Both the position numbers and the translations under genes were made by a program. The notes below the pieces were generated by a model. It had not been told where the DNA came from and searched no databases. It saw nothing but the letters and a program-made list of their open reading frames with translations. Positions 14,101 to 26,400 of a stretch of 64,000 nt of DNA are shown piece after piece (the first letter of the stretch is position 1; the number at the start of each line of letters is the position of its first letter). The stretch spans positions 16,740,001 through 16,804,000 of the forward strand of contig JBHGNT010000009.1 of assembly GCA_043228905.1 (NCBI GenBank), given 5' to 3'. Source of the DNA: Azolla caroliniana. Its lineage: Eukaryota; Plantae; Polypodiophyta.

Positions 14101-15728
14101 GGCCCGGTTAGTGGCAAAGGGATATGCACAAACCCACGGAATCGACTACGATGAGACCTTCCCTCGATAGTGAAGATGATGACGGTTCGTGTGGTACTAG
14201 TTGTTGTTGCGGAAAGGGGATGGCATCTTCACCAAATGGACTTGAAAAATGCGTTTCTTCAAGGTGACCTTGAAGAATGGGTCTATATGATCCAACCCCC
14301 CGGTTTCCAATTAGAGATGAACAAGTTGGCAGTATGCCGACTCAAGAAGTTGCTTTACGGTGTAAAGCAAGCCCCCCGAGCTTGGAATGCGAAGATCACG
14401 CATCGGTTGCGTAAGATGGGGTTTTCGGCCTCAAAGTCTGACTCGTCACTGTTCATCCGGATGGTCCGGTTTGTATCCTGCTATATGTTGACGATTCAGT
14501 CATCACGGACTAGATGAGATCGGCAGAGTGAAGTCCCAGTTGTCGGACGCATTTGAAATGAATGAGTTGGGGAACCTTCATTATTTTCTTGGGATCGAGG
14601 TGATCCGGACCCCTGACGGCATATTGCTCTCACAAAGACACTATGTGCTGAATATGCTATACAAGTTCGGCATGACGGAATGTCGATCGATCTCCACACC
14701 CCTGGACCGGAACTTGAAGCTACGTCCTACCTCCAGCCCGGCCTACGATGAGAAACAGTTCCGACAAATTGTCAGAAGACATTATATACTTGACGATCAC
14801 CCGACCCGACATCAGTTATCTAGTCGGTGTGATCAACCAGTTTATGCAGAGGCCGACTGTGGAGCACCTTCAGTGCGCACATCGACTATTGCGATATGTG
14901 AGCGGCACGAAGGACCGGGGACTGTTATACCGACATGGTATAGTTGGGAAGCTAGTCGGATATACCAATGTTGACTGGGTTGGTGATGCATCGGATCGCC
15001 GATCCACCTCCGGTTATATGTTTTCTCTTGGTAGCGCGACTGTTGTGTGGAGCAACAAAAACTAGCCAACAATGGCTCTGTCGAGCACTGAGGTTGAATA
15101 CTGGGGCGCTACCATTGTCACCTGTGAAGCCATCGGGCTTCGGCAACTGCTGCGAGACCTCCGGATAGAGGTGCCGACCCCGATCCTGATTTATTGTGAC
15201 AATGTAAGCATCATACAACTCGCCAAGAACCTTGTATTCCATGCTCGGACAAAGCACATAGAAGTGAATTATCACTTTGTTTGTGAGCGGGTCCTAAGCG
15301 GTGAAGTTGAACTTCGATATGTTCACACTGATTAGCAGATTGCCGAAATCTTCACCAAGCCGCTTGGATCGGACAAGTTGCAACATTTTTTGGAGATGCT
15401 CGGCATTCAGCCTCTCGATGTGCCGCACTTGAGGGGGAGAATAGGAACAGGAACGGATGGCACCGAACGAGCTGGAGAGGAAGAAAGAACCAAGGGGGGA
15501 GATGAGCAGATAGAGGAAGCCGAGCCGATCGAAGGAGTCGGCACATCCGAACAAGTCGGAGCAAGCGGCAGCGGTGGCAGAGTCAAGAAGGATAGAGCCA
15601 ACCAGAAGAAGGCCAAGACCCGGGCGTGGTCCAATGTGGTGAAGCGCCTAAAAACGGAAGACAAGTTGGAGACTACCAACTTGGACAAGAGCTGGAAAGA
15701 ATTGGAGGAAGCCAATTTGGTTCAATAG
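11171..15728 (+). pseudogene. gag-pol: Copia gag-pol with many stops and a charged C-terminal extension
   Basis: Gag, zinc knuckle (CWYCGRKGHRETEC, ~11960), PR WYIDSGAS, IN HSDVWG, RT LHQMDLKNAFL and RH HARTKHIEV. The frame continues past LRG to 15728. Confidence 0.9.
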
Positions 15729-15986
15729 TTGGATTCGGAAGAGCCGGATTAACTAAAGGCCAAGCGGAAGTCGACACCAACACGCATGAACCGATGGGTC
15801 GACAAGCGCTGGAGTCATAGCAGCGAAGGAGCTAAAATGGGCCTACTGAGCAGACAAGCCGACCTGCGCGGAACTGGATGGATCACAGGAAGCAGAACCT
15901 GACCGAATAAGGCAAGCTAGAGAGGAGAACCGGCTACTGCGGACACTGACACCATGATCCGACCTCAAGTTGAGCTTGAGGGGGAG

Positions 15987-16349
15987 TGTTGAACAAGCAT
16001 GCTCAACCGGATCCGGATCGATATCCGAAACCAGGAGCCGGATCGGATTGGATCCAGTAGGCCGTTAGAGGCCTACGGATCCAACCTAGTATGTAGGCAT
16101 ATTTTAGGGAGTTAGTGACAGTCGCTCATGTGAGCATTGAAGTACCCGTCAGTACTTTTGTCAATCCTTTATGGACTTGTATAAAAGTGATCTATGAGCA
16201 CATTCTACACAGAATATTGAGAGTATTATTTTGAATAGAGTTTTATGTTTTTCTCTCTCTCTCTCTCTCTCATGTGTATGCTTATTCTCTCTACTGTTGC
16301 TATCCAGTAGAGCTGGTTTGTGATACGCTTCCACACACTAACTATCACA
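15987..16349 (+). repeat. 3' LTR of element C (about 100 bp shorter than the 5' LTR)
   Basis: Colinear with 10610-11074 apart from internal deletions; flanked by the TSD. Confidence 0.9.
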
Positions 16350-16399
16350 CTTACTTGTACTGTAGCTATACATATTTGCATCTCCTGTCCACTAATGGA

Positions 16400-17160
16400 A
16401 GCCATTGGCGGAAATAACCATGTCGGTGCTTGGTAGTTCCATTTAGGCCCAAACGATGATTTTACCATTAGAGGAGAACCACCCCATTTCAGTAGAAACT
16501 TTGTACGAGCCCTTTCTACTTCATCCGAGTTCCCTTCAATCGAGTCATATCATCCGCGTAACCAAGATACCAGCTCGAACCAAATGTTTAGCAACACTTC
16601 ACGGCTTGGGAGGTTTCATTGCTGAAAAAAAAACATACATCATCTGGTCCCAATGTGCCAGACCGAGAAGCACGCCATCAACATCCATATCTCCTCAAAA
16701 AAACCAGAGTTTGTGCCAGGTTTCACTCCAACACATTGGAATACACTACCACTTGCACTATAAATCCATGACCATGTGGGTTTTGTTGTTCCGCCCAACC
16801 TTCCCCTGTTAGCTTCAAACCCTATAAGGACCCCCACACAACTCTCCCATTCACCCCGCATGCTGCCACTATCCTAAGACTTCTACTCCAAATGTTGATT
16901 GCCTCTGCATAATTCCAAAAACAGTGAGGTATCGATTCCAAAGAGTGTCCACATAACTTATAACCAGCCTCCCCACCACGACACTTCATCCACTCCCCTA
17001 CAAGTATCGCCTTATGGCTAAGAAGCCAAAACCAAACCTTTATTTTTTCTAGCATATCCAACGCCCATAGTCTCCTCCAAAACAACTTCAACAAGTCATT
17101 TGATATGCCTTTATCCCTCCAACTATTGCGAGTCTGAGCAACACCCACTGATTTGGAGCC
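16400..17160 (-). pseudogene. L1-type LINE ORF2 C-terminal fragment (zf-RVT-like)
   Basis: ORF 16822-17148: FWRRLWALDMLEKIKVWFWLLSHKAI...KLCGHSLESIPHCFWN, the pattern of the zinc-binding region that follows RT in plant L1 elements. Boundaries are approximate. Confidence 0.75.
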
Positions 17161-17404
17161 AATGATTTGCCTTCCTAGCTTAGTACTATACTAAAAAAAA
17201 CCCTCTAGTTTGTTCATTTAGGGTTTAGGGTTAACAACTTACCACTAGGGTAAGCTAATTACGATGAGAGAGAATTTTCGTGGTCGCTACAAGAATTATT
17301 TGGAAGTTAAGTTTTGTGGTCACTACAAGGGAAATTGTCATAATCTCAGGTTAGTTCTCTCAATCTCTATTAGGTTGTTTGACACGACACCATGAAGTGA
17401 GTCG

Positions 17405-18748
17405 ATGGATGTGAAAATTACAAAAGGCAAAAATGTATCGATTCTCCAAACCATGAGTAAACATCATATGCTTCTATTCTTCGTGCAAAAGATGTTATTG
17501 GGGATGATTATGATATTGATAGTCTTCGTGATTTTGTTAAGGCTTTGCTTTCTGATTTTATGGAAAAAAATGAGAAACATGCTAAAGATTGTGTGGAAGA
17601 GGATGTTGTAGAGGTGGTGATGGAGACCAAGTCTATGTTGGCAACTTTTGACAAGTTCTATGATCGCGGTATTATTTTGTATTTCATTAGCAAAATTCAT
17701 TTGGTATCATGGATTAAGCAACGATTAAATTCATTCATAATGCCTAATTGTGTTGAGGATGTGTATGTCGGTCCAAGAGGTTTCTATGATGTGGTTTTTC
17801 AATCGTCAGAACACCGTACGATTTTGATGGCAAAGGTACCAATCTTTTCTAATAGAAGATTAGTGAATGTGATGGAATGGGTTCTGGTGGTGGATTATAA
17901 AGATATTTTAAAACAACAATGTCCAATTTGGGTGACTATTGATTGTAGTAACTCATTCTTTTGGGATTTACTACCAAAATTGATGTCTCAAATTGGTAAA
18001 GTTTTGGTTGCTTCTAATGTTAAATTCATTGAAAAAATGTCGATTTGCATGTTGTGGGATACAAATTGTAAACTACCAGGATGGTTGACTGTAGATACAT
18101 CTTGATTTGGTCGATTTCGTTTGAAGCTTCAGTGGGAGACTTTTGCAGGACATTGTTTTAAATGTGGTCAGTTGGGGCATTTTATGGCTGAATGCCAATA
18201 TCAACAGGAAAAATAAGGAAGACGTTGAGAAGGATATCGTCTCAACAGTTGATATGGTCATGGATGAGGGAACATCTCATGGGTTAGAGCGAGATCATAA
18301 AGGTCATGGTCATGTTAGAGGTGTTGGGGAAGAGAATGGAGTAATTATTAATGATGACCTAGATTGTGAAGATGAAGAGTGGCATCAAGTGAAGCATAAG
18401 ATAAAAGGGAAGGGTGTTTCCATACAAAGAGACACAAAAAATACTAATGGTAAGGCATCACCAAAAGATAATTTGAGATTGAATGAGAGCTTTAGGAAAA
18501 ATCCTTAGCAGAAACAAGTGTGAAATTAGAGATTGTCTAACCAAATACAATTCGATTCTTCAGGAAGCGTGATGCGACCTCAATTTAATCAAGGGCCTTG
18601 TTCTCGTGGAGCTAAACAAAAAAATCCTATTATTGGTGGAGGGGATGTAGTACACACGAATCCTTATGCAGATCTTGAACAAGTAGTTAGTACATTCATG
18701 AATACACTTGCTCATAAAGAGCAAGTTCTTACTAAAGGTGTTAAATGA
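17405..18748 (+). pseudogene. LINE ORF1 remnant (DUF4283-like region plus zinc knuckle)
   Basis: ORF 17545-18105 (GPRGFYDVVF...VMEW...CPIWV...LMSQIGKVL), followed out of frame by CFKCGQLGHFMAEC at ~18154-18195. Confidence 0.7.
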
Positions 18749-18884
18749 AAGTGGTATCATGGAACGTACGATGTGCACCTTCTCCTCATAAGAAATATAT
18801 ATTATGGAAAACTTTATTTGATAAAGAATGGGATGTTTTATGTGCACACACACACACACACACACACAGATCTTATTCATATTA

Positions 18885-19526
18885 GTCCTCCATTTACACA
18901 TTTCTTTTTAGTGTATGGACAAGAAGCTTTATTTCCGATTGAACTTCAAGTGAGAGGCAATTGACTTTTAAGAGCATCTCTACGTGATGAAGCATTATAT
19001 ACAACAGACTTGGAGGAGAAAGAAGTATTATGATAGAAAGTCAAGAAAAGAGGCTTTTCCAAAAGGATCTCTTGTCCTTCGCTATGACAATCGTTTTCAC
19101 AATATAAAAGGGCAAAAGATGATGAATCGTTGGGAAGAACCTTTTGTGGTGCATGATCTCATTGACAATGGAAGTTATCAACTCAAGAACTTGGATAACA
19201 CTCTTCATGAACTACGTGTGAATGGGTGGCGCCTAAAGAAGTATGTGAATCGTGGACCTACCTACATTTCTATAATGGATAAGGATATTCAAGAAATCGA
19301 TGATTGGGAACAAGAAGTGGATTGTCCCCAAACATATTTCCCAACTAATTCTTGATCTTCCTTTGTTTGGCAAAAGGGAAGATTGTAATATCATTGCCAT
19401 GTTTTAAATTAAATGTGTTTCTGTAAGAGTGTGAGTTTTTTTCCACCGCTTAACGGGGGGTTTTTTTTCTCACACAATAATTTGTTATATGTTTAGTATT
19501 TATACACCTTCTTTGTCTATAGCCTA
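18885..19526 (+). mobile_element. Non-chromovirus Ty3/gypsy 3' remnant: integrase C-terminus, PPT and start of an LTR
   Basis: FFLVYGQEALFPIEL...YYDRK...LVLRYD...RWEEPF...GSYQL...VNGWRLKKY; purine tract GGCAAAAGGGAAGA at 19369-19382; TGTAAT at 19384. Confidence 0.75.
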
Positions 19527-19944
19527 TGTTGAGTGGACAAGCTCAACCGGATCCAGATAGGCTAAATAAGCCAGAGCCAGATCGGTATTTGGAATGGAGA
19601 AGCAAGTAGGTATTCAGATCGGTATTCGGAACCAAGAGCCAGATCGGATTGTAACTGGTAGGCCATTAGAGGTCTATGAATCTAGCCTAGTACGTAGGCA
19701 TATTTTTAGGAGCTAGTGTCAGTCGCTCGTATGAGCATTGAAGTACGTGCCAACACTTCTGTCAGTCCTTTTAAGGACTTGTGTAAAGTGCTCACAGAGC
19801 ACATTGAATAGAGTTTATGTTATTCTGCTCTGTTTGTCTCTCCTGTGTACTATGCATTCTAAGCTTCCATTAAACCTGTGTTTATTCTCTGTTGCTATCC
19901 GGTGTAACTGGTTTTGTCTTTGCTTCCGCACATTATCTTTTACA
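19527..19944 (+). mobile_element. Solo LTR related to element C
   Basis: Colinear with 10610-11074 from TGTTGAG to ...TTTTACA, with no PBS after it. The flanks (GCCTA / GTGTA) do not form a perfect TSD. Confidence 0.9.
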
Positions 19945-20709
19945 GTGTAATATAAAGCTAAGCAGATCTGATGTTATTTCAATGAAGCTAAACATGTTAA
20001 CATCATGGATGTGACTTAGTGCATCAATGACAGTGTTCATGGAACCTTTATGATAACGTATGGAAAAATCAAAGTCCTCGATGAGATTTGCCCATCGTGC
20101 CTTATGACCTTTAAGGTCTTGTTGGTCCCAAAAATATTTCAAGGACTCGTGATCCGTAGTTACCACAAAACGATTTCCATAAAGATAATGGCGTCATGTC
20201 TTGAGTGCATTGAATAACTGCAAATAATTCATTTTCTTGAATAGTATACCGACACTGAGCATAATCAAGTTTCTTACTCTCGAATGCTATTGGTTTACAA
20301 TCTTGATATAAGACAACACCTATAGCATAATCGCTTGCATCAGTTTCAACCTGAAAAGGTTTTGAAGGATCTGGTAAAAGAAGCGAAGGAGCCTTGCACA
20401 CCAGGTCCTTGAGTTCCTTAAAGGCAAGGCCTTGTGTAGCATTCCACACAATAGGTTTTGTAAACTTACGCGTTTGACCTTTGAGAAGATCAGTAAATGG
20501 CACTGTCAATTGGTAATAATTGTGAAGAGATTTTCGCAAAAACCTGACAAAACCAAGGAATGATCGAACTTCTTGAATATTCCGAAGAGTGGGCCAAAGT
20601 TTGACTTTCTCGATGCGAGAAGGATCAATTTTAACTCCGCGTTCAATTATGAGATGTCCAAGATAAGTAATTGATTTCTTGAAGAACTCATATTTTGAGA
20701 TCTTCGCGT

Positions 20710-21414
20710 TGTCGTAGTGTATTCCACACACTACGTGAAAACCATAAAATAATATATCGGATTTTAGATACATATAAATAAATAAATAATATATCAAAAT
20801 ATTTATCACGTGCATAGGGTAGGATTCAAACCCTACACCTCCACGTAGATAAACTTCAACTTTACCATTGTAAGAACTTATCTTTAGTGTTATACATATA
20901 GATTTAATACGTATAAGACCTTTATTTACACATACCTTTATTAAAAGGTAAAAATCATGTATTCTTTAGGGTGTGAATATTTTATTTACACGTGACATTA
21001 AAAGTGACTCATGCACATCTAGTGTGCATGAGCCCTATGCTTAGGAAATGAACAAAGCATCACATGCACATTTAGTGTGCATGGACACTTTTGGTGAAAA
21101 AGCATGAAGCCATGCTTAGCCTCTTCCATCTTTATATAAGGAGGAGAGAAATATGTATAAGGTTGTTGATTAATATACAAGGATTGATCAATCTAATATA
21201 TTCGTGGGATTCACAAATTTTTCCATCTAAATTACTCTTATAATCTAAATATTGTTTTAAATACACTAAACTCGTGGGATTCACGAGATTGCTATCTTAC
21301 TTCTCTTTCTACTATTCATAACTAGCCTTAAGTTGTATTCCTCTTCCTCCTAGTCCAAAACCTCGGCGGTTCCCACCCGACTCACGCAACGATCCGGAGC
21401 CGAAAGGCACGACA
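20710..21414 (+). repeat. 5' LTR of element E (705 bp, AT-rich)
   Basis: Direct repeat of 27085-27788; TTTATATAA at ~21131. Confidence 0.96.
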
Positions 21415-21418
21415 CAGT

Positions 21419-21436
21419 TGGTGAACCCGACGTGAA
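21419..21436 (+). promoter_or_regulatory. PBS complementary to tRNA-Trp
   Basis: TGGTGAACCCGACGTGAA is the reverse complement of the plant cytosolic tRNA-Trp 3' end (...UUCACGUCGGGUUCACCA). It is identical in element G. Confidence 0.88.
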
Positions 21437-21453
21437 AACCGGGTGGCAAGGAG

Positions 21454-23495
21454 ATGGAAAATCAACCGGAGGCTAGCAACATGATGATGATGTTCGAGCG
21501 CATGCTACAAGAACAACACGCGATGTCAGAGATAGTGGTATCAGTGGAGCGGCTCGTGCAACAAAACGGGCAATTCAACGGGAAAGATGTGTCGCGGTAT
21601 CTTCGAGACTACAAGGCGGAGATGCTACGGTGCGGAATATCGGAAGGACTACAAGTGACGTCCTTCAACCGGGTGGCGACCGACGGGCTTCAAGCAAGCA
21701 TCCATGGGCTACGACAACAAAATCCGACATGGGAGGCGTTTGCAGAAGAGCTAAAGAGGACGTTCGCCATCGAGGATTCCTCCAAGGCGACGCGAAGGGG
21801 ATTCAAAGATTGGGTGGAGACGCTGGACAAGGGATTGAAGGTCGTTGATGTGTTTTCGGCATTCGAAAGCCGGTTCGGGAGGTTGTCTGCGAGAGATCAA
21901 GCTATCCTCATACCGGACAAGGTGATCCTGTTCTTGCGAGCCGTGGACGTCCGGGACCGGAAAGATCTCGGAGTGCTCTTGGAGGACACGACCACGGAGA
22001 GTGGCCTCACCGAAACATGGGAAAGCGTGCGGGATATCGTCGCGCGATACACGAAGAGGGGGCAATGGCTTGCCAACGAGGAAAAGAGGGTTTCGGAACC
22101 AATTCCGAAACCGAGAACCGGATTGGAAGACCATCAACTGAGGGCTCGGGAGACTACAACCGAGAAGGGGATTGATGCATCTACGGTGGAGCAACTATTG
22201 AAGGAGATGGAGAATCTGAAGATCGCGATGGTGAAGAAGTCGGATGACCGCCCCACAAGCTCCAAGTATACGGACCGACGGTGCATATGGTGCGATAGCG
22301 CCGAGCACGATCGGAGGGATTGCGACGAGCATAAGGATGCGCTACGGCGGGATCTCATCTACTACGAGGGAAACCGGATTCATTCGAGGGACTCTCGGAA
22401 GCCACTCCGACCGAACTTCCGAAAAGGCGGCATGAAGAAGGTGCTCGAGGAGGAATTGGCGGCAAGAAGCGACTATGCGACAACCGCGGGAATATGTGTC
22501 GGGGAGTCATCGAGAGCAAAGACGTCTTTTTGGCCGGAAGTTCTAGAAAACACCGAGAAAACCGACTCCAACGAGATCCAAAGCACCGCGGAAGACGTCC
22601 GGGAAGCTACGGGATGGGAGTGCCCTGTCGACAAGAATAGCGTATACGCCCTGTGTCAATTGCATAAGGTGTATGTGGACGAGAAACGACGACGCACGGA
22701 GGATGCGAGCGGGCCATCGAAGATACCGGAAAGCTGGAACTCCGGAGGTAAGGGAAAAGAAAAGGCAACTCCGGCATTCAAGCTCGCCTCGGACATAGAA
22801 CAACAAACCAACTTGAAAAGAGTGTTCGAGGAAAGGATCTTGGATAGCCGGGTAGATTTCTCGCTTTAGGAGCTACTCGGAATAGCAAAGAAGGAGTTCC
22901 ACGATCTTCTCATGGATCTCGTGAAGCGAAAAAGACAAAGTACGGAGGAAAATGCTCCAAGGGTGAATGCGAACACCATTTTAATGAACGACACCGAAGT
23001 GGAGGACGAAATTCCGAACTCCCACTATACAAGGCCACATTGGGCACGCACAACTACGGAGACTCCGGTCCGAATCGGCAACATCAAAGAACCCGTGCTA
23101 GCATTGATTGATCACGGATCGGAGATCAACTTGATGTCCAAGGAGTTCTACCGGAAGGGGAAGTGGCCTATTAACACCAACCATGGATGGAAGATTCGGG
23201 CGGCCACCAAAGCAACGGAAGATCTATTTGCGGCTTGTTCGGATATGACGGTGAAGATCGGGGATGTCGAGATTGACCAAAATTTCTTCGTGCAAGATGA
23301 GGTTTCACATTCCGTCATCCTGGCCAACCCTTTATCACGGCATCACGGATGGAGACGAAGGTGCTCGATAGTGGTGCAGCTTTTGCGCGAATTCGGAGCC
23401 AAAACGGTGGGAAATCTGTCCAATTCCTAATGGTGCCGGCAAATCACGAAAGGAACAAGAGGGAACTCTTGTCCCAAGTGAGAATGGATTTTTAA
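21454..23495 (+). pseudogene. gag: Gag-protease of element E (stop at 22867-22869, frameshift at ~23325)
   Basis: ORFs 21454-22869 and 22912-23430; CIWCDSAEHDRRDC knuckle; protease LIDHGSEINLM. Colinear with the intact 708-aa ORF of G. Confidence 0.9.
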
Positions 23496-26400
23496 AGCGG
23501 ACTGTTGCGGAGTGGGGAAGTGATAGTCCGAGAAGCCCTGATACCCCACACAGGAAGAAAACTCTCGGAGCAAAACATGTACGAATCGGTCCGGATGGGG
23601 CATCTACGTACATGACCGTAACCGGAGGTTTGAAGAAAGGATGCCGACAAGTGGAGGATAAGTTGCGGTCGGCATCAATAATAAAAGAAGATGAAGAAAT
23701 CATGGGGATAGTCGAAGAAGTGTTCTATGGGAGCACGCTACAACAACTTGAAGAGCTTGCGGAAGATAAAAGCCAAGGGAACTGGGTAGTCCCGGTGGAA
23801 TCGGTCGAGATGTACGAGATCATTGCGAAAATGGAGCCGGATATGCTCCGCAAAGAACAAGCAATGGTAAGTACGAAATACAAGACCGTGGAGAAGAAGG
23901 TGAAACCGGCCGCGGGACCACTACCTGCCGATAGCGAACAAAAGAGGAAAGAAGTCTCGGGAGATCCGACACTTCGGAAGTCCGTGGATATCGGACATGC
24001 CTTCACGGATGAGACCCGGAAGAAACTTCGGATCGGTGGAGGTGGGTTCCTATTACAAAAAGAAGAAGAACGGTTTCGCGAGATGTTGGAGCAACACGGC
24101 AAAGCGTTTGCATTTACATCAAGGGAGATAGGGTGCGTCGATCCGAGAATAGTGGAGCCGATGGTGATCTTCACGATTGACCATGTACCGTGGAACCTGA
24201 AGCCGATTCCGGTGCCACGAGCGCATATTCCGAAAGTCATTGACTTGCTCAAGGAGAAGGTGGCGATGGGGATTCTAGAGCCATCAACTGCTCCGTACTC
24301 AAATCGATGGTTTACGGTTCCGAAGAAGAATGGGTCACTCCGATTTATCCAAGACTTGCAACCGGTGAATAAGGTCACGATCCGGAACTCGGGTGTCGGT
24401 CCGATAGTGGACGAATTTGCGGAAGCTTTTGCCGGTGGTGCGATATACTCCATCGGAGACCTATACTCGGGGTATGACCAATTCCAACTAGCCGTGGAGA
24501 GCCGAGACATCACAACCATGCGAACACCGATAGGATTAGTCCAAATGTGCACACTACCACAAGGAGCGACAAACTCGGTTTCTCATATGATGAACGCGAT
24601 GAACAAGGTGCTTCGAGACTGCATTCCGGAGATAACGATGCCGTTCCTCGATGACATTCCGATGAAAGGATGCGCGGTAGAAGAAAAAGATGAGACTATG
24701 GATGATCGGGGATGCCGAAAGTTCGTGGTCGACCATATTCATGATTGTGAGAAAGTGTTGCGAAAGCTAGAAGATGTGCACCTAACACTTTCCGGGGAGA
24801 AATCGGCATTCGGGCAAGAAGAAATATTGGTGGTCGGACATCTATGTGGGCCCTACGGCCGAAGACCGTCACCAACAAAGATCGATGTGATTCAAGCTAT
24901 GGAGGAAGTATGCGAGTCAACATCCGAAGTCCGAAGGTTTCTCGGTGCATGTGCATTCTATCACATATGGATTCCGCACTATGCACATATAGCGGACCCA
25001 CTCTACCACTTGTTGCGGAAAGGTAAGAAATTCGAATGGAAACCGGAACACACCAAAGCCATGAAGAAATTGAAAAAGACACTTCGGAGGGCGGAAGCAC
25101 TTAAGAAGCCGAGCTACGACCGACCGATCATAGTAACGGTTGATACAAGTCCAACCGGTATCGGGTGGGTCATCAATCAAGCCGACTCGGATGGTTCGCG
25201 GTATCCGATCCGATTCGGAGCAAAGGTTCTCAACGAAAGGCAATGTGGATATGCACAAGTCAAAAGAGAACTGTGGGGAGTCGTGTCGGAGATAAAATCG
25301 GATCGGGATTATTTGATCGGAGCCGAATTGGTGATCGAGACGGATTGTCTTCCGATACTCGAGATGATGCGGTGTTGTACGATACCGGATGTAGCTATGC
25401 TAAGGTGGATTGCATATGTCAAGTCGCTTAATCCGGAGGTTCGACACATCTCGGGGAAGGACAACGCGGTAGCGGATATGTTATCAAGGGCTCGGTTCGG
25501 AGATGACATAACCGAATCGGATAATGAAGAAATTTCCGAAGACTACTTCGCGTCGGAGCACATATGCCGAGTGAACGTAATCCGAGAATTCCGGGAAGAA
25601 GAATACGAGGGAGAAAGCTTGATGATCGGAAAGATATTACAAGAGGCCGAGGACTCAACAAACGATAAAGGAAGAAGAGCCGAGATCCGAAGGAAGAAGA
25701 GGCAAGTCCAAAAGTTCTTCTTGGAAAACGGATTAATATGGAGGGCGCCGAAAGGACCGGATGGTATACCACTTCGAGTAGTCGGGACAAAAGAGCAACG
25801 AAACCGGATAATGTCCGAGTTTCACAAATCCGATTGGGCTGGACACCGAGGAACATGGGCAACATTTGTGAAGATCAAGCAAAAATATTGGTGGAAGAAA
25901 ATGTACAAAGATGTCGCGGAGTTCACGGAAAGCTGCGAGAAATGTCAAGTCTACTCCGGGGTTCGACATCGAGATGAGTTACATCCGACATTCTCACCGA
26001 CAATCAACTTCAAGTGGATGGTCGACATAGTGGCCATGCCGACCGGGATTGGACAAAAGAAATACTTGGTATTAGCTCGGGAAGATCTCACGAATCAAGT
26101 AGAAGGTCGAGCGCTTCAGAGGAAAACATGTTCCGCGGTATGCCAATTTCTTTTGGAGGAAGTATTTTGCAAGTATGGGTGCGTAGGGCAAGTGATTGCG
26201 GACCGGGGAGAACTCGACTCGGACAAAGCTAGGGGATTCTTCGCCAAACACGGAGTTCGGTTATCGCTGACAACGGCATACAATCCGGAGGCCAATGGGA
26301 AAATCGAACGAGGACATAGTCCGATCGTGAAAGCACTTGCGAAGGCATGCGATGGAAAGGTGAAGGACTGGCCGCAGATGCTTCCGTATGCACTATGGGC

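Larger units (their letters stand above)
10610..16349 (+). mobile_element. Element C: full-length, decayed Ty1/copia, same lineage as A
   Basis: LTRs at 10610-11074 and 15987-16349; 5-bp TSD CTTAC at 10605-10609 and 16350-16354; PBS TGGTATCAGAGC at 11075; PPT GAGGGGGAG before 15987. Gag start LPTEKLNRSNYASW matches A (LPTEKLDRTNFASW). Confidence 0.95.

Noticed and set aside
20111-20815. Hydrophobic N-terminus on an RT/RNaseH ORF
   Set aside because: The first ~35 aa are the antisense of E's LTR read across the insertion junction.
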